This document shows positions 8,981 through 18,424 of a stretch of DNA of 64,000 bases, in pieces. Source of the DNA: a phage. Numbering within the stretch: the first letter of the stretch is position 1; each line of letters opens with the position of its first letter. The notes below the pieces were generated by a model. It made no database searches. It was not told the DNA's origin and saw only the letters and a program-made list of their open reading frames with translations. The stretch lies in the NCBI GenBank assembly GCA_036253035.1, contig GCA_036253035.1_4123.1. One strand, written 5' to 3'. The translations under genes were made by a program, and so were the position numbers.

Positions 8981-9006
8981 AACAAAGGGCTGACCTTAGT
9001 CAACCC
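8981..9006 (-). terminator. rho-independent terminator, variant of conserved hairpin
   Basis: GGGCTGACCTTAGTCAACCCC with flanking A/T runs. Confidence 0.7.
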
Positions 9007-9013
9007 CTTTTTA

Positions 9014-9397
9014 TTACTTCTTGAACTTATGTTTTTCACTTTCGATTGCATTCACGATTTCATCATGAATTTTACGAAGATTGTGAGTTTTCTTGAGAGA
9101 ATCATGCAATGCACGGAATGCAGAGTGTACTGTTGCTTTAAAGTGCTCTTTAGGAGTTACTTTAAGTTTCTCGATAATATCACGTACATAGATTGGGTGA
9201 TCCTCAAACACACGATTAAGCTCATGACCTAGTGATTCTAGGCTAAATGCTTTTTCACGGGATGGACGATCATGTGCAAGACTTTGGTCCGGTTTTAGAA
9301 GACCTAGTGAATCTAGATACTTGTGCTTATGTGCATTGTCTAGACCAGAAATATCAACATCATGTGATGGATCTTTCTTATTCCATTTATCAACCAT
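9014..9397 (-). CDS. hypothetical protein sharing N-terminal motif with 517-aa protein
   Basis: 127 aa; KYLDSLGLLKPDQ. Confidence 0.6.
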   Translation of the reverse strand: MVDKWNKKDPSHDVDISGLDNAHKHKYLDSLGLLKPDQSLAHDRPSREKAFSLESLGHELNRVFEDHPIYVRDIIEKLKVTPKEHFKATVHSAFRALHDSLKKTHNLRKIHDEIVNAIESEKHKFKK

Positions 9398-9475
9398 TTT
9401 TATAACTCCTATAAGAGATAAATTTTACTATAATATTTATAGTTCCGTTGTCATTTATATCGAATGACATAAAAC

Positions 9476-9503
9476 ATTATATCATAATAAGAATGGTTGT
9501 CCC
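9476..9503 (-). promoter_or_regulatory. promoter, extended -10 (TGaTATAAT) with weak -35
   Basis: minus GGGACA-16-TATAAT preceded by TG; upstream of 9014..9397. Confidence 0.4.
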
Positions 9504-9512
9504 AAAGTTAAA

Positions 9513-9956
9513 TTAGTACTGATCAAGTTCAGATGTAAAAATGAATGCATCCATGTCTTCCAACGTAAGTTTTAAGTCTGGTACATACTTAAGAATAACG
9601 CACTCTGGCTTCTTAATAGCAGCTTGATAAGCAGCAATGGCAAGGGATTCCAACTGCTGTGCTGTATAATTTTTACGTTCTGCATTAAAAACTTTGTTTT
9701 TGATATCACCACCTGGGAGTTTTTCAAACTCACGCATAACTGCGGCAAGAACATCGTCGGCAGTGTTACTATATACCCATTGGGGTAATTGCATTACATT
9801 ATAAATCACACCACTATCATCCATCAAAGAGATCCATTTATATCCATCACTCGCACTGAACAAACGCCCTTTTAGTACTGTATTATTGGTTAAATTTACA
9901 AATGCAAAAATATCTTGTTCGTTAAGTTCAATACTATTAACATTTACCCAACTCAT
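9513..9956 (-). CDS. hypothetical protein
   Basis: minus ORF 147 aa. Confidence 0.55.
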   Translation of the reverse strand: MSWVNVNSIELNEQDIFAFVNLTNNTVLKGRLFSASDGYKWISLMDDSGVIYNVMQLPQWVYSNTADDVLAAVMREFEKLPGGDIKNKVFNAERKNYTAQQLESLAIAAYQAAIKKPECVILKYVPDLKLTLEDMDAFIFTSELDQY

Positions 9957-9969
9957 TACGATTCCCTAT

Positions 9970-10566
9970 TCATAAATCACGAACAATATTCATTAAACAC
10001 AATTTAGGCTTTATAGCATTCAAAACCCATATGCACTCTTTGTAAGTAGCTATTATATCATCTAAATGCTCAGTCACAATACTTTCTTGAAAATATTCTT
10101 CATCATTGAGCTTTGCTAATTTAGTAACATCACATGTAGGTACTATAGGTCTGGATTGTACACCCATGCCATTATTAATATTAGTAAAATGTACAAAATT
10201 GTATTTCACTACACCTTTATCTAGATTTACTATACATGACAAGTTTTCCAACTCAGTTAGTTCTTTACTACAAGTAACATTAATGAAACCAGTATTATAG
10301 GCTCTATAATCATCTACTGATATCTCAAAATCATTACGCTGAAATATAAGTGAAATGAGTTTGTCCAGTGGTTTTACATTCATATATTTTAATGAATTTA
10401 CGTATGATACTTCAATCTTAGATGAAATTATTTTTTTACTAAGTGCAGTTAATTCTTTGTTAGATTTAACTGTTAAAACAATAGGTTTAAACCTAGAACT
10501 TTTGTTCTTTTTTGATACTTTAAAACGACCTTTACGATTCATAATTTCCTCAATTAATAATTTCAC
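9970..10566 (-). CDS. hypothetical protein
   Basis: minus ORF 198 aa. Confidence 0.6.
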   Translation of the reverse strand: MKLLIEEIMNRKGRFKVSKKNKSSRFKPIVLTVKSNKELTALSKKIISSKIEVSYVNSLKYMNVKPLDKLISLIFQRNDFEISVDDYRAYNTGFINVTCSKELTELENLSCIVNLDKGVVKYNFVHFTNINNGMGVQSRPIVPTCDVTKLAKLNDEEYFQESIVTEHLDDIIATYKECIWVLNAIKPKLCLMNIVRDL

Positions 10567-10771
10567 ATTTAACGTGTGGTTTATATAACATAATTAACCC
10601 ATTTTTAAGTACAATGATTGTTCCTCGGTCAGTAATAGAAACGTTTTTAATTATACTTTTTTTATATGTTTCAACATATTTCTCTTCGTAATTTATACAT
10701 TTAACATATTCTTTTTGTTTAGCACTTACAACAGTACTGAATAATATCAGTACAAGTACTATATATTTCAT
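10550..10771 (-). CDS. small secreted protein
   Basis: 73 aa; signal peptide MKYIVLVLILFSTVVSA. Confidence 0.5.
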   Translation of the reverse strand: MKYIVLVLILFSTVVSAKQKEYVKCINYEEKYVETYKKSIIKNVSITDRGTIIVLKNGLIMLYKPHVKCEIIN

Positions 10772-10823
10772 TACTATACCTTATAAACAAAAAGGAATTC
10801 ATTTAAGAATTCCTATTTTACAA

Positions 10824-11117
10824 TCATTTATCTAACATACCATTGTGTAAACGTTCATATACTTCAGTTCGACGCAAATTCACAATATCTTCTGCGTATT
10901 TTAATGTAAATGCCCATGCTTTTGGATGTACGTTAAGCTTCATACGAATTCGATTTTTCATCAACTCTCCACTTAAACGAATAAATTCGTGTACACCACG
11001 ACTACCGTATTCAGTAATTAAATCATTAATGTACATATCACGAAGAGTTTCATCTGCACATTCTTTAACCATTTCTACGTCAGCGACGATGCTTTCATTA
11101 ACTGAAGTACTGATCAT
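10824..11117 (-). CDS. hypothetical protein
   Basis: minus ORF 97 aa. Confidence 0.5.
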   Translation of the reverse strand: MISTSVNESIVADVEMVKECADETLRDMYINDLITEYGSRGVHEFIRLSGELMKNRIRMKLNVHPKAWAFTLKYAEDIVNLRRTEVYERLHNGMLDK

Positions 11118-11129
11118 TTTTAATTTACC

Positions 11130-11396
11130 TTATTTAAATTCGACTGTAATTTTATCACCTTCAACTACGAACTTACAGTTGTAGCGACGTGCCATATCCA
11201 TGTACATATGCTCAGAGTACCAAGGAACATCAATAATCGGATGCTCTGCGTATTGTAGAACTTCACGGTCGCCCACTGTAGTAATGATGAAAGGAATGTT
11301 CATCTCTCGTAAAAACAGTTCAGCACCAGGAGAACGATTAATAAATTCAGTATCATTACGTAAAGTAAATCCATTATATTGTAATTTAAGCTTCAT
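11130..11396 (-). CDS. hypothetical protein
   Basis: minus ORF 88 aa. Confidence 0.5.
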   Translation of the reverse strand: MKLKLQYNGFTLRNDTEFINRSPGAELFLREMNIPFIITTVGDREVLQYAEHPIIDVPWYSEHMYMDMARRYNCKFVVEGDKITVEFK

Positions 11397-11410
11397 ATGT
11401 TATCCTCTAT

Positions 11411-11755
11411 TCAATACCATTCTTTAAAACCATTAAGTTCGGCTATGTGAGTAATTATAACACATATAACATTCAGGTCAAGTATAATTTGATCATAATT
11501 TAATTTTATACGATCATCATTATATGCCCTAAAGACTACATCGTAATCAAAGAAATTTGCGTTTTCATCATTCATTGAAACGATTCGGTATCTACGTCTT
11601 CCATCTGTATTGAATATTGTTAAACACTGTTGAAACTTTCTCATTAACTGTTTAGATAGGATATTATAATATTCAATATCTTTTTGTGAATTACGTGGGT
11701 CATCAGGAAGATAGAATGAAACAAATTTCTTTAATTCTATTTGAGTTTTATCCAT
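11411..11755 (-). CDS. hypothetical protein
   Basis: minus ORF 114 aa. Confidence 0.5.
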   Translation of the reverse strand: MDKTQIELKKFVSFYLPDDPRNSQKDIEYYNILSKQLMRKFQQCLTIFNTDGRRRYRIVSMNDENANFFDYDVVFRAYNDDRIKLNYDQIILDLNVICVIITHIAELNGFKEWY

Positions 11756-12188
11756 ATATTACCTCATGTGTTTCTCTTTTACTTTGTCGGAACTCATCCT
11801 TTGCTTCCTTAACTGACATGATACGAACTAATTTAGCACTACCGCAATAGTACTGAACCTGATTACGACCAATGTCTACATGGTGGTCTGGAACTTCATA
11901 TACAGATATAGCAAACCCAGCACGATGCAATTTACCTAAGTCCATAGTGAAGAATCTGAACAAATCTTTCAAACTTTGACAGCCAAATACCCATCCACTT
12001 TTGATTGAATAGATCCCATCCTCAGTTGGTTCAGGTTGGAATTGAGAAGGTGTAGTCATGAGCAAACGGTCAAATCCATTTTTAGTACTGTATCTGGTTG
12101 AATACCGTGCAAACGGACCTACAGTTCGTGCAGGATCTAAGTTAGGTTCAATGTAACTAAATTTAAGTTCAAAACGATATACATACAT
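11748..12188 (-). CDS. hypothetical protein
   Basis: minus ORF 146 aa. Confidence 0.55.
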   Translation of the reverse strand: MYVYRFELKFSYIEPNLDPARTVGPFARYSTRYSTKNGFDRLLMTTPSQFQPEPTEDGIYSIKSGWVFGCQSLKDLFRFFTMDLGKLHRAGFAISVYEVPDHHVDIGRNQVQYYCGSAKLVRIMSVKEAKDEFRQSKRETHEVIYG

Positions 12189-12224
12189 AATTAAAATCCT
12201 CTAATTTATTAAGAGAATTATAAC

Positions 12225-12248
12225 AAAAAAGGCTGACCGAAGTCAACC
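12225..12248 (-). terminator. rho-independent terminator, conserved UUCG hairpin
   Basis: aaaaaaGGCTGACCGAAGTCAACC; stop codon of 12243..12434 embedded in hairpin. Confidence 0.75.
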
Positions 12249-12434
12249 TTTGTTTTGAAGTTCTTGAACTAATTGTCGTACTTCGTTAATATTATTACAC
12301 TGCTTTACAGTGAAGTAATCATACTTACGACCATAGGTTCTTGGGTCATCACCTTCCATATACTGCTGCACATCAAAGATTTGTAAGTAGGGATGCTGCA
12401 TAACACGAATATTTTCACTTTGATAAATCAACAT
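12243..12434 (-). CDS. hypothetical protein
   Basis: track ORF 12243..12488; internal ATG 12434 avoids overlap with upstream gene. Confidence 0.45.
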   Translation of the reverse strand: MLIYQSENIRVMQHPYLQIFDVQQYMEGDDPRTYGRKYDYFTVKQCNNINEVRQLVQELQNKG

Positions 12435-12438
12435 AATA

Positions 12439-12789
12439 TCAATCCTTATATTTACACAAGCCACCAAAACTAGTTTCTTTAGCACCACGACGCATCATAA
12501 CTAATTTAGCATATTGTGTACCATTACTATCTTCATATACATCTACTTCAATAAACGCTAAGAAGTTAGGGTCTGTGTCGTTAGAAAACTCAGTGAAGCT
12601 AATGTCGCCTACTGTATGCTCTTTAACAAACGTATATGATTGTCCATCAATATATACAATATCTCGATCGTCACTATCACCTTGATAGATATGTTTAATA
12701 TTACCATCTGTACAAACTAAACCTTCCAATGGTTCAGCATATGACAATCCACACATTAACATACATACAAAAAATAAAATAATTTTCAT
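12439..12789 (-). CDS. secreted protein (signal peptide)
   Basis: 116 aa; MKIILFFVCMLMCGLSYA|EP. Confidence 0.55.
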   Translation of the reverse strand: MKIILFFVCMLMCGLSYAEPLEGLVCTDGNIKHIYQGDSDDRDIVYIDGQSYTFVKEHTVGDISFTEFSNDTDPNFLAFIEVDVYEDSNGTQYAKLVMMRRGAKETSFGGLCKYKD

Positions 12790-12791
12790 GA

Positions 12792-13169
12792 TTATTTTCC
12801 TCCAACGTTAAGTGATTTCTTGTACTGATATTCTTTATAAGTACTATACCATATATCACCAACGTAAATCAAGTACCACGTAGCAGGATAAAGAGCCAAT
12901 CCAGTACTGATGTATACGAACTTTTGGTCAAGGACATCAAATACATGCAGAAGGAAAGTTACTCCCATAATGCAAGAACAAATTAACCATAAGTTATAAG
13001 CCATTGAATCGCAAGCAAAAATAGAATCAAGCTTAGAAATTAGGACATATTTGTTTGTTAAAATAAAATGAATTACTGCAACTAAACAATATCCTGCCAT
13101 AAAAATAGAAATTAAAAAAGACAGAATAATTGGAATATTCAACAACAAAAGTAAAATAGTGTTTACCAT
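12792..13169 (-). CDS. membrane protein
   Basis: 125 aa, multiple hydrophobic helices. Confidence 0.55.
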   Translation of the reverse strand: MVNTILLLLLNIPIILSFLISIFMAGYCLVAVIHFILTNKYVLISKLDSIFACDSMAYNLWLICSCIMGVTFLLHVFDVLDQKFVYISTGLALYPATWYLIYVGDIWYSTYKEYQYKKSLNVGGK

Positions 13170-13180
13170 TTTTTTAAGTC

Positions 13181-13540
13181 CTATATTTCACAGTGTAAGT
13201 TCAATTTATCTATATCTAGGTCACGGCGTACCGATGAGTCCAAGTAAATTACTATATAGATATCACCATTACCAGTTCTTGGGTCTACAATTAATATTAC
13301 GTTTGCTAATGTACCAGAATCATCTCTATAAGTCGAGATTTTTTTATTACCAATAATACTTTCTACTTTAAAACGATAAATCACGCCATCAACAACTATA
13401 TTTTTACCATTTCTAGGGTCGTTAGTCAATACATGCCACGTTCCCTTAGTACTACGACAATATGTTTCTGCTGCTGCACCATAACTAAAACATGAAAATA
13501 ATGCACACACAAGTGCTATTAATTTTATATAACTTTTCAT
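13181..13540 (-). CDS. secreted protein (signal peptide)
   Basis: 119 aa; MKSYIKLIALVCALFSCFSYGAAA. Confidence 0.55.
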   Translation of the reverse strand: MKSYIKLIALVCALFSCFSYGAAAETYCRSTKGTWHVLTNDPRNGKNIVVDGVIYRFKVESIIGNKKISTYRDDSGTLANVILIVDPRTGNGDIYIVIYLDSSVRRDLDIDKLNLHCEI

Positions 13541-13618
13541 AACAAACCTCTAACGAGAAATACTTCTGTACTATATATATGTACAGAAGTATTTAATACT
13601 ATAGAGGTATTTTGACTG

Positions 13619-13945
13619 TTACATCTTATTCGTGAACTTGAATTTGATAATATCAATCCAAATTTTAACATTTCCTGCAAATAGTGCTTTGATTAGCCAC
13701 ATAATTGCAACAAAGTTCTCAACTAAATCCAAAGTTTTAACTACTGCACCGAGTGGGAAGATAAAACTCAAAACCCATACAATTACTGAAACCACAACGA
13801 CTGTATAGAAAATACGCACAATCGGTGAATCAAGCATAAACAACTCAGAGAACTCTTTTTTATCATTATCATCAGTAATAAAGCATTCGTAAACCAGAAG
13901 CCAAATCAGAATTAAAGACGGAATTGAAATTAGTACTGATAGCAT
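13619..13945 (-). CDS. membrane protein
   Basis: 108 aa hydrophobic. Confidence 0.55.
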   Translation of the reverse strand: MLSVLISIPSLILIWLLVYECFITDDNDKKEFSELFMLDSPIVRIFYTVVVVSVIVWVLSFIFPLGAVVKTLDLVENFVAIMWLIKALFAGNVKIWIDIIKFKFTNKM

Positions 13946-13991
13946 ATTTTTTACCTCAAGTTTAAGTGTTAAGTTTCAGACTACAGGAACC

Positions 13992-14019
13992 ATTATACAG
14001 TACTACTAATGGTTGTCAA
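13992..14019 (-). promoter_or_regulatory. sigma-70-type promoter (TTGACA-16-TATAAT)
   Basis: minus GTTGACAaccattagtagtactgTATAATG. Confidence 0.6.
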
Positions 14020-14245
14020 CTGGTTTTTCTTCAATAAGCATAAGATAACTGATTACGAAGAGTAATACCGACACAATATCAATAACAGTAAAGCTCACGG
14101 GAATGATAATAGAAACCAGTACTAATGCCACGTTTAGCAAGAATACAGTAGTGATATCTACAATCGGTCGTTTAGTGGCTAATGCTACTAGTGTAGGATA
14201 AAACATAAACAATAGTGCAACAACAAAACTTAGTACTAGATACAT
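14006..14245 (-). CDS. small membrane protein
   Basis: 79 aa hydrophobic. Confidence 0.5.
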   Translation of the reverse strand: MYLVLSFVVALLFMFYPTLVALATKRPIVDITTVFLLNVALVLVSIIIPVSFTVIDIVSVLLFVISYLMLIEEKPVDNH

Positions 14246-14916
14246 TTCTTTTTCACCTTAATAAAATTATAACACAAAACCACATCAACATCTGGTTCAT
14301 CATACAAGTACTCAAAACGTTCTTTACTTCGTTTAGTACCAATATAATCACCATTCTTATGCCAACGCCATCCACCATCCTTTGGTTGTTCAGACTTCAG
14401 TACTGGGTGATAGCACAGGACAATTTCTTCTGGACCTTCAATTAGGTTCTTGTACTTATTCATAATCTGTTCAAGCGTATCTGCTACACCATAAGATGGA
14501 TGCATAAGATAAGACTCAGGACGTGGACGTCCACTTGGTAGAATATCATCAGTACTATTAAAGATAGCACGGAAGTCTTCAGATGTGTATAGACTTCCAT
14601 CTTCATGGATCATTGGGTATTCATCCACTACATCGTAATCAGTGAAGTGTTCAATTGCATGTCCAGGTCGATAACCTGCAAGGATACCTGCATGTTTAGT
14701 CTGGACAATAGTCATAACAGATGTATTGTTGTTTACAGTTGGATCATGAATTTCAGCCCAGAACGGATGATTTGGGTCAAAAGTTGCATTTACCAATGTA
14801 CACTCACCAATGTAATCAAACATAGTTTCCTTGAAGTTTAAAGAAACCCCACGTAATGCCCAGTCAGGTGAAGTGATGAAATTAAGATTAACTAACATAA
14901 GTATCCTCAGATGCAA
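14236..14916 (-). CDS. hypothetical protein
   Basis: minus ORF 226 aa. Confidence 0.6.
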   Translation of the reverse strand: MHLRILMLVNLNFITSPDWALRGVSLNFKETMFDYIGECTLVNATFDPNHPFWAEIHDPTVNNNTSVMTIVQTKHAGILAGYRPGHAIEHFTDYDVVDEYPMIHEDGSLYTSEDFRAIFNSTDDILPSGRPRPESYLMHPSYGVADTLEQIMNKYKNLIEGPEEIVLCYHPVLKSEQPKDGGWRWHKNGDYIGTKRSKERFEYLYDEPDVDVVLCYNFIKVKKKCI

Positions 14917-14929
14917 TTTTTTGATGTGG

Positions 14930-15145
14930 TTATTGTATCAAAGATGTATCGATTTGTACAACATTTATTGTAACTATTTCGTACATAAAATCAATTGCAT
15001 TGAACTCTGCATACCACTCTACAATCTCACAAGCAGCATCAACTTGGTTTTTCGCATTAACACGTCTGGCATAGGTGCTGCTCATTTTGAATCTACCATA
15101 TTCATAGACATTGTAGACACCATGACACCACCACATCTTAGTCAT
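14930..15145 (-). CDS. hypothetical protein
   Basis: track ORF 14930..15253; ATG 15145 overlaps upstream stop (ATGACTAA). Confidence 0.4.
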   Translation of the reverse strand: MTKMWWCHGVYNVYEYGRFKMSSTYARRVNAKNQVDAACEIVEWYAEFNAIDFMYEIVTINVVQIDTSLIQ

Positions 15146-15356
15146 TAATGCTAGGCCATACAGTGAATTGTAAGTCTTGGTATTCAAATTTACCAATATC
15201 ATTCTTCTTACGGAATGATTCTTCAACCTGAATTTCTGCGTCGTACTGACCATCGGCCTTTACTACGTACTTAAAATATTCTACATGTGAAAAACGATAC
15301 CCTTCTCCGTCTTGCTTGGATACTTGTACTGACCCTTCAACTAGATATAAATTCAT
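15138..15356 (-). CDS. hypothetical protein
   Basis: minus ORF 72 aa. Confidence 0.5.
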   Translation of the reverse strand: MNLYLVEGSVQVSKQDGEGYRFSHVEYFKYVVKADGQYDAEIQVEESFRKKNDIGKFEYQDLQFTVWPSIND

Positions 15357-15359
15357 TTG

Positions 15360-15581
15360 TCATTCTCCATCATATTCAGTGAGTATTACACTATGTACTG
15401 TTTCAATATAGCGTTGTGTTTTTGGTGTGTTGTACTTAGTTACTTCATCAAACAATTTAAATAGTGCATGTGTTGGACTTAATGCACGAACAAATACATC
15501 AATCTTCTGTACTTCTTTCTTATAACCACGTACATTATTAAACTCAGATACATGCTCATACACAATGTAGTAACGATTCAT
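15360..15581 (-). CDS. hypothetical protein
   Basis: minus ORF 73 aa. Confidence 0.5.
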   Translation of the reverse strand: MNRYYIVYEHVSEFNNVRGYKKEVQKIDVFVRALSPTHALFKLFDEVTKYNTPKTQRYIETVHSVILTEYDGE

Positions 15582-16093
15582 ATATTAAGTAGTTCCATAA
15601 ATTCATCGATCAAGGAAGTTCTAATGCACATAACAAATTCAAAATCAACATCGATAGTATCGAGTAGTTTGAACAACTTTGGTACATTTGGATCATTCAA
15701 CTGGAAGTTATGAATCAAGCTCTGTTGAAACACACTTTCTTCAGTACTGTAATCAATAACAAAATATTCAGCTACACCTGGAGGTGAATAAACATCATAT
15801 AATATCTGACGTTTATTGTGTGTTTCTGAACCAGGACAATATATAAGTTCTATTTCATACGAACCTGCCGAGGATCTATCATAAAACACAATTTCAGTAC
15901 TGATTATTTCACTACCATCACTTCGTTCATGAAAACATACATCGGCATATCGTTTGCCATTTGGCTTCAAAATCTCATGAGTTGTTTTACCATAACATTT
16001 ATCAGTTTCAATGTGAATTTTGTCTTGATATTCAGAACGTCTTACATCATTTCCACGATTAAACAATAAGATCAACAACTCATTAATATCCAT
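15578..16093 (-). CDS. EExxFQxS-motif family protein (outlying member)
   Basis: 171 aa; YSTEESVFQQSLIHNF. Confidence 0.6.
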   Translation of the reverse strand: MDINELLILLFNRGNDVRRSEYQDKIHIETDKCYGKTTHEILKPNGKRYADVCFHERSDGSEIISTEIVFYDRSSAGSYEIELIYCPGSETHNKRQILYDVYSPPGVAEYFVIDYSTEESVFQQSLIHNFQLNDPNVPKLFKLLDTIDVDFEFVMCIRTSLIDEFMELLNI

Positions 16094-16293
16094 TATTTCG
16101 CCTCGATAACCTTAAGGTTAACAAAATCACCTTTTACTTTCATGCATTTGAATTCAGTGCGAGTTTCATCCCCACTATCGCGAGGCCAATGAGTAGCAGA
16201 GTAGCACTGGTCTGGTGTTTTATATACACCTTCACCAATAGTACGAGTGATTTCACCATTGGTGAGAACTACTGCGAGATATAAAGTAAACAT
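16093..16293 (-). CDS. hypothetical protein
   Basis: track ORF 16093..16350; ATG 16293 with AAGG RBS. Confidence 0.45.
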   Translation of the reverse strand: MFTLYLAVVLTNGEITRTIGEGVYKTPDQCYSATHWPRDSGDETRTEFKCMKVKGDFVNLKVIEAK

Positions 16294-16303
16294 GATATTC
16301 GCC

Positions 16304-16450
16304 TTAGAATAATTTATTAATAATAATAGCACCCAACGCAAGAACTGCAATAATTACAGATACCCACATTACTGCATTCACTGTACCAGTTAGTTCTTTA
16401 TCAAACTCCCTGCACTTCTTACGGTACTCTTCCCACTCTTTGTTATTCAC
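16304..16450 (-). CDS. small C-terminal-TM peptide (48 aa, GTG start), not in ORF track
   Basis: AGGAG 7 nt before GTG; ..VNAVMWVSVIIAVLALGAIIINKLF. Confidence 0.35.
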   Translation of the reverse strand: MNNKEWEEYRKKCREFDKELTGTVNAVMWVSVIIAVLALGAIIINKLF

Positions 16451-16662
16451 ACTGCCGCTCCTAATAGGTCGGTAGCTTTCTTCAGTACTACGTCAATTGT
16501 TTCCAGTACTGCACCTTTGTGTTCAATTGATACAATATTATTATAAGTATCAAGGTCCAAGTACTCCATATATTCAGTTTTGAATACACGAACATCAGTA
16601 CTGGTGATTTTAAGATCGCAACCTTTATCCCAGATGACCTGCATCATTTCATTGGTAGTCAT
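16447..16662 (-). CDS. hypothetical protein
   Basis: minus ORF 71 aa. Confidence 0.5.
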   Translation of the reverse strand: MTTNEMMQVIWDKGCDLKITSTDVRVFKTEYMEYLDLDTYNNIVSIEHKGAVLETIDVVLKKATDLLGAAV

Positions 16663-16937
16663 TATTCAACCTTATCATAAACAAGTTTGTGAGTGCTCAG
16701 TACTTTGTTGAGATGACCAGGGCATTCATATACATACAATCGCTCCTGACGTTTTTCCCAACCACCACAGATACGACCTGATTGTGTGCATATTTCATAC
16801 TCGTTAATAAAAGACTTACCTGTGAATGTACAATCCTGACGAACTAAGTCTTTTGCACTAAACCTGCCGTCATCATTACATGCTGTAAGAAACATTGTAC
16901 AGAATACAAAGACAACTGTCAATAGTTTTTTAATCAT
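16662..16937 (-). CDS. lipoprotein
   Basis: 91 aa; lipobox LTAC after signal peptide. Confidence 0.55.
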   Translation of the reverse strand: MIKKLLTVVFVFCTMFLTACNDDGRFSAKDLVRQDCTFTGKSFINEYEICTQSGRICGGWEKRQERLYVYECPGHLNKVLSTHKLVYDKVE

Positions 16938-17302
16938 TGAACATCACCCCAACGGAAACCTTTCATATAATTCAAATTCACCTCAACGAGTTCATGTGTT
17001 TTTGTACACCAAATGGAGAGAGTTTTTGTAACATCACCAGGTTCAGATTCATAATTCACACAATAACCTTCAATGCGTAGAGTTTTGTTAGTCCAATGTT
17101 CCCACTCAATCCAAATTTCATTTGGATAATAAACCATATCTTCTTTGAACGTATGGAATTGATCCATTGGTAAATGACCTTTAACTTCAATTACTTCAGC
17201 ACTTCGAGCCAGTTTTTCAAGCTTGTACTTTATTTCAGCAAGATATTCTTCATCATTCAGACGAGTGAATAAATCTGTTGCACGGGTTGTATCAAGGCTC
17301 AT
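16934..17302 (-). CDS. hypothetical protein
   Basis: minus ORF 122 aa. Confidence 0.55.
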   Translation of the reverse strand: MSLDTTRATDLFTRLNDEEYLAEIKYKLEKLARSAEVIEVKGHLPMDQFHTFKEDMVYYPNEIWIEWEHWTNKTLRIEGYCVNYESEPGDVTKTLSIWCTKTHELVEVNLNYMKGFRWGDVQ

Positions 17303-17550
17303 TGTTGTACTCCATTAATCACTGAAGTGTTGATTCGTGTTTTTCCGCTAGTGTATCCAGTACTGGTGTTTGCATTAGGACAATAAACTGTATACAACGT
17401 TGCACCAGCACCTTCCTGTTGCATACGATAAATCTTACATCCTGCTTCTTTTAATTCAGTAGGGAGTTCAAAATCACTTGTGCGTTCTTTGGTTGAAGCA
17501 TCACATGCAGTGAGTAAAAATGCGACGAGTACTGCTACAATGTATTTCAT
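17299..17550 (-). CDS. lipoprotein
   Basis: 83 aa; MKYIVAVLVAFLLTAC (lipobox). Confidence 0.55.
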   Translation of the reverse strand: MKYIVAVLVAFLLTACDASTKERTSDFELPTELKEAGCKIYRMQQEGAGATLYTVYCPNANTSTGYTSGKTRINTSVINGVQQ

Positions 17551-17858
17551 TAACGAACCTCCACTTCTTGAGAAAGAGCATGAGTCAGTGCATTTGAGTT
17601 CGAACCATTCATTTCACGCTGACATACAAACATAATGGCATCTTGTACTGAACCTGCGATTTCATACTCACGACCTTCTGGATCAGTTACCAGATGTTCA
17701 ACGATACAACCACCCCTCAGTACAGAAGCACCAGTACTTACACTAATTCTGTAACCTAAGAAATCAAACTGCATACATGCGTCAGTAGGTTTCATCCAAT
17801 AACCGCTGTTTTGATTCAAATCGATGATTACAAAACCTTGAGTGTTAGTTTGAAACAT
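17550..17858 (-). CDS. hypothetical protein
   Basis: minus ORF 102 aa. Confidence 0.55.
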   Translation of the reverse strand: MFQTNTQGFVIIDLNQNSGYWMKPTDACMQFDFLGYRISVSTGASVLRGGCIVEHLVTDPEGREYEIAGSVQDAIMFVCQREMNGSNSNALTHALSQEVEVR

Positions 17859-17951
17859 AGTTAATTCCTTAATTAATTTAAAAGGGTGGAAACGCAGTGA
17901 CGAGTACGATTATGCTGTCTTTCCTTTCACTGCATTCCCTTTGATATAAAC

Positions 17952-17980
17952 ATTATACTGCTATTATTCAGTACTGTCAA
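17952..17980 (-). promoter_or_regulatory. sigma-70-type promoter (TTGACA-17-TATAAT)
   Basis: minus TTGACAgtactgaataatagcagTATAATG. Confidence 0.65.
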
Positions 17981-18270
17981 TCGATATAAGTACCTTTTTT
18001 AACATCACAGACTTCTTCCATCCAATGTGGATTTTCGTTTTTATCAGTGACGATTTGTTCTGCTTCTTCTTTTGTTTCAGCTAGGACAATACGATCCCCT
18101 TCATCCAAATCACGGATACGATACACTTTTAGATCTTGTTTCTTCTCAAAGATATTACACAGTTCACGTGCTTTTTCTTCATCGCACTTCCCTTCATTAG
18201 CATAAAACCAGATTGCTTTTTTAATAAGGTCACGTTCTTCTTTAGAAAAAGACATAATATTTCCTATCAT
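17977..18270 (-). CDS. hypothetical protein
   Basis: minus ORF 97 aa. Confidence 0.55.
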   Translation of the reverse strand: MIGNIMSFSKEERDLIKKAIWFYANEGKCDEEKARELCNIFEKKQDLKVYRIRDLDEGDRIVLAETKEEAEQIVTDKNENPHWMEEVCDVKKGTYID

Positions 18271-18300
18271 TTGTTAAAGTGGATTTCGTTTGATATAAAC

Positions 18301-18328
18301 ATTATACAGTACTGATATCTTATGTCAA
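18301..18328 (-). promoter_or_regulatory. sigma-70-type promoter, perfect consensus (TTGACA-16-TATAAT)
   Basis: minus TTGACAtaagatatcagtactgTATAATgtttatatcaaa. Confidence 0.75.
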
Positions 18329-18424
18329 GTATTAATCACCAAAAATCATCAGATACCCAAACCAACCCACACAGACGACTAAGCTAACAATACCAAAGAC
18401 AATCTCTAAAGTCATGTTGTATCC

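Noticed and set aside
9425-9445. TATAAATA-type motifs as definite T4-style late promoters
   Set aside because: The motif is short and AT-rich sequence produces it by chance; noted as context only, not annotated as a promoter.
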